DNA of 64,000 bases, taken from positions 12,648,001-12,712,000 of the forward strand of contig OZ024746.1 of NCBI GenBank assembly GCA_964016885.1, written 5' to 3'. Source of the DNA: Eledone cirrhosa (lineage: Eukaryota). The position numbers were made by a program, and so were the translations under genes. Of this stretch, positions 39,728-51,984 are shown in pieces. Within the stretch, counting starts at the first letter, position 1, and each line of letters starts with the position of its first letter. A model generated the notes under the pieces. That model saw only the letters and a program-made list of their open reading frames with translations. It ran no database searches and was not told where the DNA came from.

Positions 39728-42438
39728 ATCATCACCATCTCAATGACAACTACCAAAGTCATCTAAACTACTACCACGGCCAGTATTGACCATCACCATC
39801 TCAATGACAACTACCAAAGTCATCTAAACTACTACCACGACCAGTATTGACCATCACCAACTCAATGACAACTACCAAAGTCATCTAAACTACTACCACG
39901 ACCAGTATTGACCATCACCATCTCAATGACAACTACCAAAGTCATCTAAACTACTACCACGACCAGTATTGACCATCACCATCTCAATGACAACTACCAA
40001 AGTCATCTAAACTACTACCACGACCAGTATTGACCATCATCATCTAAATGACAACTACCAAAGTCATCTAAAATACTACCACGACCAGTATTGACCATCA
40101 CCATCTCAATGACAACTACCAAAGTCATCTAAACTACTACCACGACCAGTATTGACCATCACCATCTCAATGACAACTACCAAAGTCATCTAAACTACTA
40201 CCACGACCAGTATTGACCATCATCATCTCAATGACAACTACCAAAGTCATCTAAACTACTGCCACGACCAGTATTGACCATCACCATCTCAATGACAACT
40301 ACCAAAGTCATCTAAACTACTACCACGACCAGTATTGACCATCATCATCTCAATGACAACTACCAAAGTCATCTAAACTACTACCACTACCAGTATTGAC
40401 CATCATCATCTCAATGACAACTACCAAAGTCATCTAAACTACTACCACGACCAGTATTGACCATCACCATCTCAATGAGAACTACCAAAGTCATCTAAAC
40501 TTCTACCACGACCAGTATTGACCATCACCATGTCAATGACAACTACCAAAGTCATCTAAACTACTACCACGACCAGTATTGACCATCACCATGTCAATGA
40601 CAACTACCAAAGTCATCTAAACTACTACCACGACCAGTATTGACCATCACCATGTCAATGAGAACTACCAAAGTCATCTAAACTACTACCACGATCAGTA
40701 TTGACCATCACCATCTCAATGACAACTACCAAAGTCATCTAAACTACTACCACGACCAGTATTGACCATCACCATCTCAATGACAACTACCAAAGTCATC
40801 TAAACTACTACCACGACCAGTATTGACCATCACCATGTCAATGACAACTACCAAAGTCATCTAAACTACTACCACGACCAGTATTGACCATCACCATGTC
40901 AATGACAACTACCAAAGTCATCTAAACTTCTATCATGACCAGTATTGACCATCATCATCTCAATGACAACTACCAAAGTCATCTAAACTACTACCACGAC
41001 CAGTATTGACCATCACCATCTCAATGACAACTACCAAAGTCATCTAAACTACTACCACTACCAGTATTGACCATCACCATCTCAATGACAACTACCAAAG
41101 TCATCTAAACTACTACCACGACCAGTATTGACCATCACCATCTCAATGACAACTACCAAAGTCATCTAAACTACTACCACGACCAGTATTGACCATCACC
41201 ATCTCAATGAGAACTACCAAAGTCATCTAAACTTCTACCACGACCAGTATTGACCATCACCATCTCAATGACAACTACCAAAGTCATCTAAACTACTACC
41301 ACGACCAGTATTGACCATCACCATCTCAATGACAACTACCAAAGTCATCTAAACTACTACCACGACCAGTATTGACCATCACCATCTCAATGACAACTAC
41401 CAAAGTCATCTAAACTACTACCACGACCAGTATTGACCATCACCATCTCAATGACAACTACCAAAGTCATCTAAACTTCTACCACGACCAGTATTAACCA
41501 TCACCATGTCAATGACAACTACCAAAGTCATCTAAACTACTACCACGACCAGTATTGACCATCACCATGTCAATGACAACTACCAAAGTCATCTAAACTA
41601 CTACCACGGCCAGTATTGACCATCACCATGTCAATGACAACTACCAAAGTCATCTAAACTACTACCACGACCAGTATTGACCATCACCATGTCAATGACA
41701 ACTACCAAAGTCATCTAAACTACTACCACGGCCAGTATTGACCATCACCATCTCAATGACAACTACCAAAGTCATCTAAACTACTACCACTACCAGTATT
41801 GACCATCACCATCTCAATGACAACTACCAAAGTCATCTAAACTACTACCACGACCAGTATTGACCATCACCATCTCAATGACAACTACCAAAGTCATCTA
41901 AACTACTACCACGACCAGTATTGACCATCACCATCTCAATGACAACTACCAAAGTCATCTAAACTACTACCACTACCAGTATTGACCATCACCATCTCAA
42001 TGACAACTACCAAAGTCATCTAAACTACTACCACGACCAGTATTGACCATCACCATCTCAATGACAACTACCAAAGTCATCTAAACTACTACCACGACCA
42101 GTATTGACCATCACCATGTCAATGACAACTACCAAAGTCATCTAAACTACTACCACGACCAGTATTGACCATCACCATGTCAATGACAACTACCAAAGTC
42201 ATCTAAACTACTACCACGGCCAGTATTGACCATCACCATCTCAATGACAACTACCAAAGTCATCTAAACTACTACCACGACCAGTATTGACCATCACCAT
42301 GTCAATGACAACTACCAAAGTCATCTAAACTACTACCACGGCCAGTATTGACCATCACCATGTCAATGACAACTACCAAAGTCATCTAAACTACTACCAC
42401 GGCCAGTATTAACCATCACCATGTCAATGACAACTACC
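39728..42438. repeat. 61-bp satellite array, about 44 copies (CCATCACCATCTCAATGACAACTACCAAAGTCATCTAAACTACTACCACGACCAGTATTGA)
   Basis: Register shifts 1 nt per 60-nt line; only point variants, no spacers. Confidence 0.97.
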
Positions 42439-42872
42439 GGCAGGATTTGAACTCAGAACGTAAAGGGACGTAACTATATGCCACAAAGCAAGGTGTCCGA
42501 CACTCTACCGATTCTGCCAATCCTTCACCCTAATAATAATAATAAATTTAGGTTACTATTTTGTTGCTGAATTAACTAGAGCAATTTTTGATTGATTGAA
42601 TGGAGAAAAAAAAGCCAGTGAAAAGAAGGTGAAGAGCCAATCAGATGACAAAGAGAGTTTGGAAGTGTGGAGGTGGGGGGAGGGTGAAGGTGGGGAGTGG
42701 AGGTGTGAAGGTAGGGGAGGGGGTAATTAACATACTGCTTCAGATGTCATAATGACACAAGTATTAATGTTGTGTATACAATATATTTTTGACGTGGGAA
42801 ATAAAATAGTCTATCACATGTAATTCCAGACTTTTAAATGTATGGTTATATATGCATGTGTGTGTACCACGG

Positions 42873-43117
42873 CACCCAGTCCACCCTGTAAGGTGGTAGT
42901 GCTGGTGCCGTGATAAAAACACCCAGTCCACCCTGTAAGGTGGTAGTGCTGGTGCTGTGATAAAAACACCCAGTCCACCCTGTAAGGTGGTAGTGCTGGT
43001 GCCGTGATAAAAACACCCAGTCCACCCTGTAAGGTGGTAGTGCTGGTGCCATGATAAAAACACCCAGTCCACCCTGTAAGGTGGTAGTGCTGGTGCCGTG
43101 ATAAAAACACCCAGTCC
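42873..43117. repeat. 47-bp minisatellite, about 5 copies
   Basis: Unit CACCCAGTCCACCCTGTAAGGTGGTAGTGCTGGTGCCGTGATAAAAA, related to a dispersed repeat at 1-70 and 62170-62250. Confidence 0.9.
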
Positions 43118-43270
43118 AGGATTAGATTAGGAGGAGGAGGAGGTTTGGCTGTCATTTCTAGCAAAGTTTCCATTGGGAGACAGAAGACAACAGTTGTTGT
43201 TAGATAAATATTGATCTGTTAGAAATATCTTTTCCTGTAGCAACAGATGTCAACATCCTCTTCCAGACTA

Positions 43271-43514
43271 TAAAGTACATACACACACATACACACATAC
43301 ACACATACATACACAGACACATGCGCGCGCACCCACGCACACATACACACAGATGTTGAGCTTCTGCACAGTTTCCATCAACAAAATCTGACAATTAAAG
43401 TACATACACACACATACACACATACATACACATACAGACACATGCGCGCGCACCCACGCACACATACACACACATGTTGGGCTTCTGCACAGTTTCCATC
43501 AACAAAATCTGACA
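43271..43514. repeat. About 125-bp tandem duplication (2 copies)
   Basis: TAAAGTACATACAC...TTCCATCAACAAAATCTGACAA repeated twice. Confidence 0.9.
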
Positions 43515-43849
43515 AACTCCTTCAGCACAGCCAAACCTATCTAAACAGACACATATGTACTGTCCTATAAACAAAGCAACAGTTTAACAGCAATATACTA
43601 CCAATTTCTAATTTAGGTATAAGGCCATCTGAGGGACAGGCAGAAGTCAACCCCCAGTACATGACTGGTACTATATTTTATTGACCCCAGAATGATGAAA
43701 GATGAAGTTGACCATGGGAGGATTTGAACTCAGAATGTGAAGACCCAGAATAAATAGCGCAATGTCCTTTTATCTAACACTGTATCAACTGTGCCAGGGG
43801 GATATGTAGAGAGGCAGGGAAATAGACTGAGAGGGAGGGTGATAGGTAG

Positions 43850-45175
43850 AGAGAGAGAGATTGGAGGAGATAGGGAGATATATATAGAGGGATATATAGA
43901 TATATATAGAGGGAGATATAGATATATATAGAGGGAGATATATATATATATATATATATATAGGGAGATATAGATATATAGAGAGAGAGGGAGATATAGA
44001 TATATATAGAGAGAGATATAGATATATATAGAGGGAGATATAGATATATATAGAGAGGGAGATATAGATATATATAGAGGGAGATAGGTAGATATATATA
44101 TAGAGGGAGATATATATATAGAGAGAGGGAGATATAGATATATATAGAGGGAGATATAGATATATATAGAGAGAGGGAGATATAGATATATATAGAGGAC
44201 TATTTTCTATGCTTAGTTCATGAGTGTGTATGTGTGTATGAGTGTGTGTGTGTTTGAGTGTGTGTGTGTGTATGTGTGTATGTGTGTATGAGTGTGTCTG
44301 TGAGTGTGTGTGTGTCTGAGTGTGTGTGTACCTACACAGATATTGATGTGTATTTAATGGGAGGAGCCAGCCAAGCAGCCAGCCAACCAACACCCAGCCA
44401 GCCAACCAACCAACCAACCAGCCAACCAACAGCCAGCCAGCCAACCAACCAGCCAGCCAACCAACCTACCAACCAACCAACCAACCAACCAACCAACCAA
44501 CCAACCAACCAACCAACCAACCAACCAGCCAACCAGCCAACCAGCCAACCAACCAACCAACCAACCAGCCAACCAACCAGCCAACCAACCAGCCAGCCAA
44601 CCAACCAGCCAACTAACCAGCCAGCCAGCCAGCCAGCCAACCAACCTACCAACCAACCAACCAACCAGCCAACTAACCAGCCAACCAACCAGCCAACCAA
44701 CCAGCCAGCCAGCCAGCCAACCAACCAACCAACCAACCAGCCAGCCAGCCAGCCAACCTACCAACCAGCCAGCCAACCATCCAACCATCCATCCAGCCAA
44801 CCTACCAACCAACCAACCAACCAACCAGCCAGCCAACTAACCAGCCAGCCAACCAACCAACCAGCCAACTAACCAACCAACCAACCAGCCAACTAACCAA
44901 CCAACCAACCAGCCAACTAACCAACCAGCCAACTAACCAACCAACCAACCAGCCAACTAACCAACCAACCAACCAACCATCCAGCCAGCCAACCTACCAA
45001 CCAACCAACCAACCAGCCAGCCAACTAACCAGCCAGCCAACCAACCAACCAGCCAACTAACCAACCAACCAACCAACCAACCAACCAACCAACCAACCAG
45101 CCAACTAACCAACCAACCAACCAGCCAACTAACCAACCAACCAACCAGCCAACCCGCCAGCCAACCTACCATCCA
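43850..45175. repeat. Adjacent GA/TA compound, (TG)n and (AACC/AGCC)n microsatellites
   Basis: Seen directly. Confidence 0.92.
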
Positions 45176-45370
45176 GTGACAGAAACACCTCTCTGCCTAC
45201 CTGTCTGTCTATCTGTCTGTCTGTGTGTCTGCCCCACCAAACATCAACATGTTGCAGCCTGCCAGTCACAAAAATGATAAACATATTTCAGTGCCAGTTC
45301 AAGCCATGTTTTATCTTCTTCCTTCTATCAATGTTGCCAACCAATCAACCTCACTCTTTCTACTCCCACA

Positions 45371-45456
<86 letters not shown>

Positions 45457-45497
45457 ATAATATTAATAAATGGAAGCTATCTTTATAAAACCATATT

Positions 45498-45554
45498 TAT
45501 TTTATTATATTTCAAGGGTACCAAAATTTTGGTACGCCCTCATCAGATAAAATA
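45498..45554 (-). ncRNA. Type I hammerhead ribozyme (AT-rich family, copy 2)
   Basis: Minus strand reads TATTTTAT CTGATGA GGG-C-GTACCAAAATTTTGGTAC-C-CTT GAAA TA TA ATAAAATA: complete core, 8-bp stem I, minimal palindromic stem III. Confidence 0.78.
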
Positions 45555-45619
45555 CAAAAGTTGGTTTACAGATAGTGACATATTCAGACAAATAACTCAT
45601 TGCTTATATATATATATAT

Positions 45620-45842
45620 AGCTGGACATGCTCACCAACATCCAGAGTTGACACTGCACTCAGTACTCCTGTGGGAGCCCCTACATGGACACACTGGAAG
45701 AGGGAGACCAAGGTTACCGTATGTTGATGCCCTAAGGACAGACACTGGTCTGTTGGAGACGCAAGACATGGTAGCGTTAATGAGGGACAGAGATTGCTGG
45801 AGAGAACTCGTCCATGAATCTCGGGAATTTTATCCGCTCTAG
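45620..45842 (+). mobile_element. RTE-like LINE 3' fragment between (TA)n tracts
   Basis: Encodes AGHAHQHPELTLHSVLLWEPLHGHTGRGRPRLPYVDAL..DTG...MRDRDCWRELV. Confidence 0.75.
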
Positions 45843-45865
45843 ATATATATATATATATATATATA

Positions 45866-45908
<43 letters not shown>

Positions 45909-46634
45909 TAGCATGGAAAGTGGACATTAAATGATGATGATAATCACACACACAAACTCACTCTCTCTCTCTCTCTCTACATCTTTACCTCTCTCCCCCC
46001 CTCTCTCTCTCTCTCCATCTTTACCTCTCTCTCGCTCTCTCTCCATCTTTACTCCTGTCTTCCTCCCACCAAAGCTCTCTTCTCTGCCACTTCAACTATA
46101 AAGACTACTACAACACCACCACCACCACCACAATCACTCCATCTCCACCACCACAACCACCACCAACACCCCCACCACCCCCACCACCAGACTTCTACAT
46201 GGTTGTTTGATCTACTAGTAAGGGCAGTCAAACCCCTTAAATTAGACCTTTACCATCTTCAAAAAAAATGACACACTGGACTGTTTGTTTAAGATACGAT
46301 GTTTAAGTGGTGTGTGGCTCGGTGGTTAGGTTGTTTGGTTGACAATTGTATAGTCATGAGTTCAATTCCTGCCTGCAGCAGGCAACACGTTGAGTCCTTA
46401 AGCAGGATGCTTTATTTCATGTTGCTCCAGTAGTCAAAGGACTTATCCTCCTTTTCTTCTGTATTTACGATATTGAAAGCTCTAGCAAGAGAACAAGATG
46501 ATCTGATGTTAAAGCTGCCTCTCATTTCTCCACACTAGGATGAGACAGAGTCTGGAGGTCATGGCTAGAATGTCTTTGATTTTACCGCTACTTGATCAAG
46601 CCTCGACTGTGGATGACGGCTAAATAACATTAAT

Positions 46635-47280
46635 AACCACAACCACCACCACCACCACCACCATCGTTACCACCATCTCCACCACCACCATCATCTCCAC
46701 CACCACCACCACCATCGTTACTACCATCTCCACCACCACCACAACCATCGTTACTACCATCTCCACCACCACCACCATCGTTACTACCATCTCCACCACC
46801 ACCACCACCATCATTACCACCATCATTACTACCATCTCCACCACCACCACCACCACCACCATCGTTACTACCATCTCCACCACCACCACAACCATCGTTA
46901 CTACCATCTCCACCACCACCACAACCATCATTACTACCATCTCCACCACCACCACCACCATCATTACTACCATCTCCACCACCACCACCACCATCATTAC
47001 TACCATCTCCACCACCACCACCACCATCATTACCACCATCTCCACCACCACCACCATCGTTACTACCATCTCCACCACCACCACCACCATCGTTACTACC
47101 ATCTCCACCACCACCACAACCATCGTTACTACCATCTCCACCACAACCATCGTTACTACCATCTCCACCACCATCTCCACCACCACCATCGTTACTACCA
47201 TTTCCACCACTACCATCTCCACCAACTCCATCGTTACCAACATCTCCACCACCATCATTATCATCATCATCATCATCATG
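46635..47280. repeat. (ACC)n-derived minisatellite, about 33-36 bp unit; further (ACC/ACT)n tract at 47605-47858
   Basis: Seen directly. Confidence 0.9.
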
Positions 47281-47894
47281 AAGACTAGCCATCACCTTCT
47301 TCCACAATGTTCAAATCCATCTCCCCCCCCCCCCAGCTGGTATGTCTGTCTGTTTGTCTCTCCAGTCTGCTACCCAAATCAACCACCCTCATCATCAACA
47401 CCTCCAGTCTACACAACCATCAGTTTCCTAATAAACCATATAACAAACCTTACCATCTCCCCACTCTTCCCCATCTTCAAGGCACCACCATTTACCTACC
47501 ATCCCCCCCCCACCTCCCCCCTCACCCTAACTCCCTCATGTTGTTCTTCTCTGTGTTAAAAATGAAGGAGCAAATGGCCATAGACTGCAGCAGCAGCTGC
47601 TGCAACCACCACCACCACCACCACCACCACCACCACTACTACCACCACTACCACCACCACTACTAACACCACCACTACCACCACCACCACCACCACTACT
47701 AACACCACCACCACCACCACCACAATCACTACTACCACCACCACAACCACTACTACCACTACCACCACTACCACCACTACCACTACTACCACCACTACTA
47801 CCACCACCTCCACCATCACTACCACCACCATCACCATCACTACCACCACCACCACCATATGTATATGTAAATCTATGAGGCAACTAAAAGAAAT

Positions 47895-48537
47895 CATCTC
47901 CAAAATACATGTCCAACCCATGCTAACATGGAGCATCTCCAAAATACATGTCCAACCCGTGCTAACATGGAGCATCTCCAAAATACATGTCCAACCTGTG
48001 TTAACATGGAGCATCTCCAAAATACATGTCCAACCCGTGCAAACATGGAGCATCTCCAAAATACATGTCCAACCCGTCCTAACATGGACCATCTCCAAAA
48101 TACATGTCCAACCCATGCTAACATGGAGCATCTCCAAAATACATGTCCAACCCATGCTAACATGGAGCATCTCCAAAATACATGTCCAACCCATGCTAAC
48201 ATGGAGCATCTCCAAAATACATGTCCAACCCGTGCTAACATGGAACACCTCCTAAATACATGTCCAACCCGTCCTAACATGGACCATCTCCAAAATACAT
48301 GTCCAACCCATGCTAACATGGAGCATCTCCAAAATACATGTCCAACCCGTGCTAACATGGAACACCTCCTAAATACATGTCCAACCCGTCCTAACATGGA
48401 GCATCTCCAAAATACATGTCCAACCCGTGCAAACATGGAGCATCTCCAAAATACATGTCCAACCCGTCCTAATATGGAGCATCTCCAAAATACATGTCCA
48501 ACCCATGCTAACATGGAGCATCTCCAAAATACATGTC
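47895..48537. repeat. 39-bp minisatellite CATCTCCAAAATACATGTCCAACCCRTGCTAACATGGAG, about 16 copies
   Basis: Direct tandem repeat. Confidence 0.95.
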
Positions 48538-48562
48538 AATATTTATTTATAAAACAAATCTG

Positions 48563-48628
48563 TATTTTATCTGATGAAAGCGCACCATAATTTGCCTTGG
48601 TTGCCCTTGAAATATATATAATAAAATA
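48563..48628 (+). ncRNA. Type I hammerhead ribozyme (AT-rich family, copy 3)
   Basis: Stem I TATTTTAT/ATAAAATA; core CTGATGA; stem II AAG-C-GCA-CCA...TGG-T-TGC-C-CTT; GAAA; palindromic stem III ATATATAT; cleavage triplet AUA after 48620. Confidence 0.8.
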
Positions 48629-48666
48629 AATATGGTTTTATAAATATAGTTTCCATTTATTAATAT

Positions 48667-48734
<68 letters not shown>

Positions 48735-49314
48735 TAAAATTAGTCCTTCATCAGTGATCTTCCAGCCTTCATTGGTATTTCATCGCTTTAAAAACCATAT
48801 ACCTATGGTTGGTGCGAGCAACGGATAAAGAAAGTCGTTGGGACACGTAAATAAAGGGAACGAGCGAGACAGTAAACAAAAAAAGATGGTAATGCAACAA
48901 AAAGTGAGGAAGAAGGAGTCAAGTCCCTGAAATCGATTAACAAAAGTTCTGTGAAATCGTGGACGAGAGAGAATAAAGACCATCCAACCTGGTCGAAATG
49001 TGAGCGAGGGAAGAATTTCGCACAGGTCAAACGGGAGGAAGTAGGAGAGGGAGTAACAGAGAGTGAGTGAGTGAAAGTGTGAGGAAGAGGCTAACAGAGA
49101 GAGTGACTGGCAGAGGGGGTAAAAAGAAAGTGAGAGATATACAGAGAAAGGGGAAGCAGTAAGAAAGAAAGAGACGGGTCACAGCGGAGGAAAACATATA
49201 AATATATGAAAAATATGAAAAAATGGCGTGCTGCGTGGTTGCAAATGGGTTACATATGAATAAAATTAGTCCTTCATCTGTGATCTTCCAGCCTTCATTG
49301 GTATTTCATCGCTT

Positions 49315-49348
<34 letters not shown>

Positions 49349-49426
49349 GTTGTGTATGTGTGTATATGTGTATATATATGTGTGTGTGAGTGAATGTATA
49401 TATGTGTGCGCACATGTATAGATGAC

Positions 49427-49458
<32 letters not shown>

Positions 49459-49770
49459 CACACTACAATGTAGCACTCCTGTTGCTACTGCAATCTTTAG
49501 CCAACACCCAACTGCAGCTATTATGTTGTTGCAGTTGTGAGAGGCTATGCAACTCCAGTCAAGCCATTATTCTCTAAAGTATTTCAAATAACAATAACAA
49601 CAATTTGTAACTCTCCCTCCCTCTCTCTCTCCCTCTTTCTTTCCCTCTAGTCTCTCTCATATTTTACATCTACTTACTCCACCACCATTTTAAAGTTTTT
49701 CAATTAAAGTAGTTTCATGCTATATATATATTACCTTTAAGAATGTATATATGTATATACAACCAAGGTC

Positions 49771-49826
<56 letters not shown>

Positions 49827-49857
49827 CCCTATATATATATATATATAGGGAAAAAAA

Positions 49858-50087
49858 TACAGTCCATGCTGTAATGTGGTCGTGTAGGTAACATGGTAAA
49901 AAGCTCTCAGTCCACACTGTAAATGTGGTTGTTGTTAGGAAGGGCATCCAGCCGTAGAAAACCTGCCAGATAGTTCTATACGAGCGAGACACGGTCACCT
50001 GACCAATCTTGCCTCAAGTGGGACAATTCCCATCTAATCCCTGCTAGCGTGGAAGATAGACCTTAAACGAAGATGATGATGATGATA
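49858..50087 (+). mobile_element. Non-autonomous retroposon, same family as 25765-26000
   Basis: Near-identical reverse complement, with a (GAT)n tail. Confidence 0.65.
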
Positions 50088-50238
50088 TATATATATATAT
50101 ATATATATGCAAAGTTTTATTTAAATTGTTGGGTTAACAACGAGTAAATATTTATAACTGATATAAAAGCACTCAACAAGTATTTGGAGTATATTTACGA
50201 TATTAAATAAATGGAAACTATATTTATAAAACCATATT

Positions 50239-50304
50239 TATTTCATTATATATATTTCAGGGATATCATATTAAAAATATGTTATGCCTTCTTCAGACAA
50301 AATA
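50239..50304 (-). ncRNA. Type I hammerhead ribozyme (AT-rich family, copy 4)
   Basis: Minus strand reads TATTTTGT CTGAAGA AGG-C-ATAACATATT TTT AATATGATAT-C-CCT GAAA TATATA TA ATGAAATA. Confidence 0.75.
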
Positions 50305-51247
50305 CAATATAAACAGTCTTATAAATAGATAGATATATATATATATTATCATCATCACCATTTAGCATCCATATTTCCATGCTGGCATGGGTTAGATGGG
50401 TCGTCCGCGCTGGGAGGCAAGTGTGGCCAGGGTTGTCTATGCTGTACCTTGCTCCGACAAGGGCTGTAAATTTGGCCAGCTATTTTACAGCTGGATGTAT
50501 ATAATATATATATATATTTGCCTTTCATCCTTACAGGGTCGATAAAATAAAGTGCCAGTAATGTACTGGGTAATTGCTGGCCTTGTGCCAATAGTAGAAA
50601 CAATTATTTAATATAGAAGTGATTTCTACAGGACTAGAACTGTTTCATTTGTATGATTTCCTATGAATGAAACAGTTCTAGTATTGTAGAAGTCACCTCT
50701 ATATTGAATAATGATGCCTACACTCTATTGAGTACCTTTTTAATTGTGGTTACCCCTGATATTACTCGGGATCTACATAGATAGATAGATGTATATGTCC
50801 TTACAACTATATTACACTTCCCCTCCTCCACTGCACCTATTACCCCATACCTATCGAAAACTTATTACCTCCACCCCTACCCATAGAACAGTCAAGTCAA
50901 TGACTGGCAACCTCCCTAGTACTGCTACCACAATAAAACACACCTAGTACACACTATAAGGTGCTTGGTGATAGAAAGGGATCCAGCTGAAGAACCCATG
51001 CCAAGAAAAGACTGAGAAGAGCCTCCTGTCACAACTTGGCAACCCCTCTAATGCTGGTGTCACAAAAGGGTGTATCTAGTACACACTGTAAGGTGGTTGA
51101 TAATAGAAAGGATCCAACTGTAGAACCCATGCCAAGAAATGGCCAAGGTCCACTCTTCAAGGACAACAACTACTACAGGGATTTCTTATGCACAAAACAA
51201 TCTATCAAAGATAATATATAGAATGAAAGAAACAAAGAAACAATACA

Positions 51248-51450
51248 CCATTTAGCATTTAAACCGGCTGTTATCTGGTTAGAATTCTCTCACCTCTTTC
51301 TGTTCTAAACCGGCTGTAACCAGCTGCTCATACTGATGTTAAGGTAATGTTCTCAAAATAAATAATATCAAAACTTCATAGTTTTGGTATTATATGGGAT
51401 AATTATGTGAGATAAAGCCTTTACCATGAAAATATATAAAATATAAAGGG
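51248..51450. mobile_element. TTAA MITE family copy (opposite orientation, degenerate)
   Basis: CCATTTAGCATTTAAACCGGC...AAAGGG|TTAA, with internal homology to 34632-34852. Confidence 0.7.
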
Positions 51451-51794
51451 TTAATTAACTAACTATATAAAGTAAAGAATAAACTAAAGAGAAAGAAAAT
51501 GAGGAGACAACACAGAAATAAAGACAGAGGAAGGGAGGTAATAAAGGTTGGGGGGAGATAAGATGAATTCATGAAGGCTAAAAACAAAAATATATATCTT
51601 CCATCACAATGACTTATGGCCATCAATGGTTTTGTTGATCAATTAGGGAAGCAGCTTGCAATAAACAATAGCCACACATGAGTGCTTTAAAGTGAGTTTA
51701 TAGTTCATAAATAATAACAATAATGATGATTTCTAATGGTGTAATGGGCAAAATTTGATATTCAATCTCTCTCTATATATACGTCTATCTATCT

Positions 51795-51984
51795 TTGTTC
51801 TATCCACGGGGTGTAAAACAACCCTGCAGTAACGTTCCCCCCCTATTGGGGATTTCGATTGTTATTTTATTATATATAGTTTATTGTTTTTTATTAATGT
51901 TAAAGTTATTTTTATGTAAAACCCCTGCCGTCACGTCTTGTAATCTCCCATTTGTGTACACCCCTGTGGCAAATAAAGAAAGAT
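51795..51984 (+). mobile_element. L1/Tx1-like 3' UTR fragment with 12-bp TSD
   Basis: Shares CCCCCTATTGGGGA hairpin and AATAAAGAAA end with 3790-3985. Flanked by GTCTATCTATCT at 51783-51794 and 51985-51996. Confidence 0.6.

Noticed and set aside
39728-42438. Possible CRISPR array
   Set aside because: Head-to-tail 61-bp units with no unique spacers, no cas genes and a eukaryotic context: a satellite.
47928-48590. 220-aa ORF of 13-aa repeats (MEHLQNTCPTRAN)
   Set aside because: The 39-bp unit is open in several frames by chance and derives from a retroposon tail; no splice sites or unique domain.
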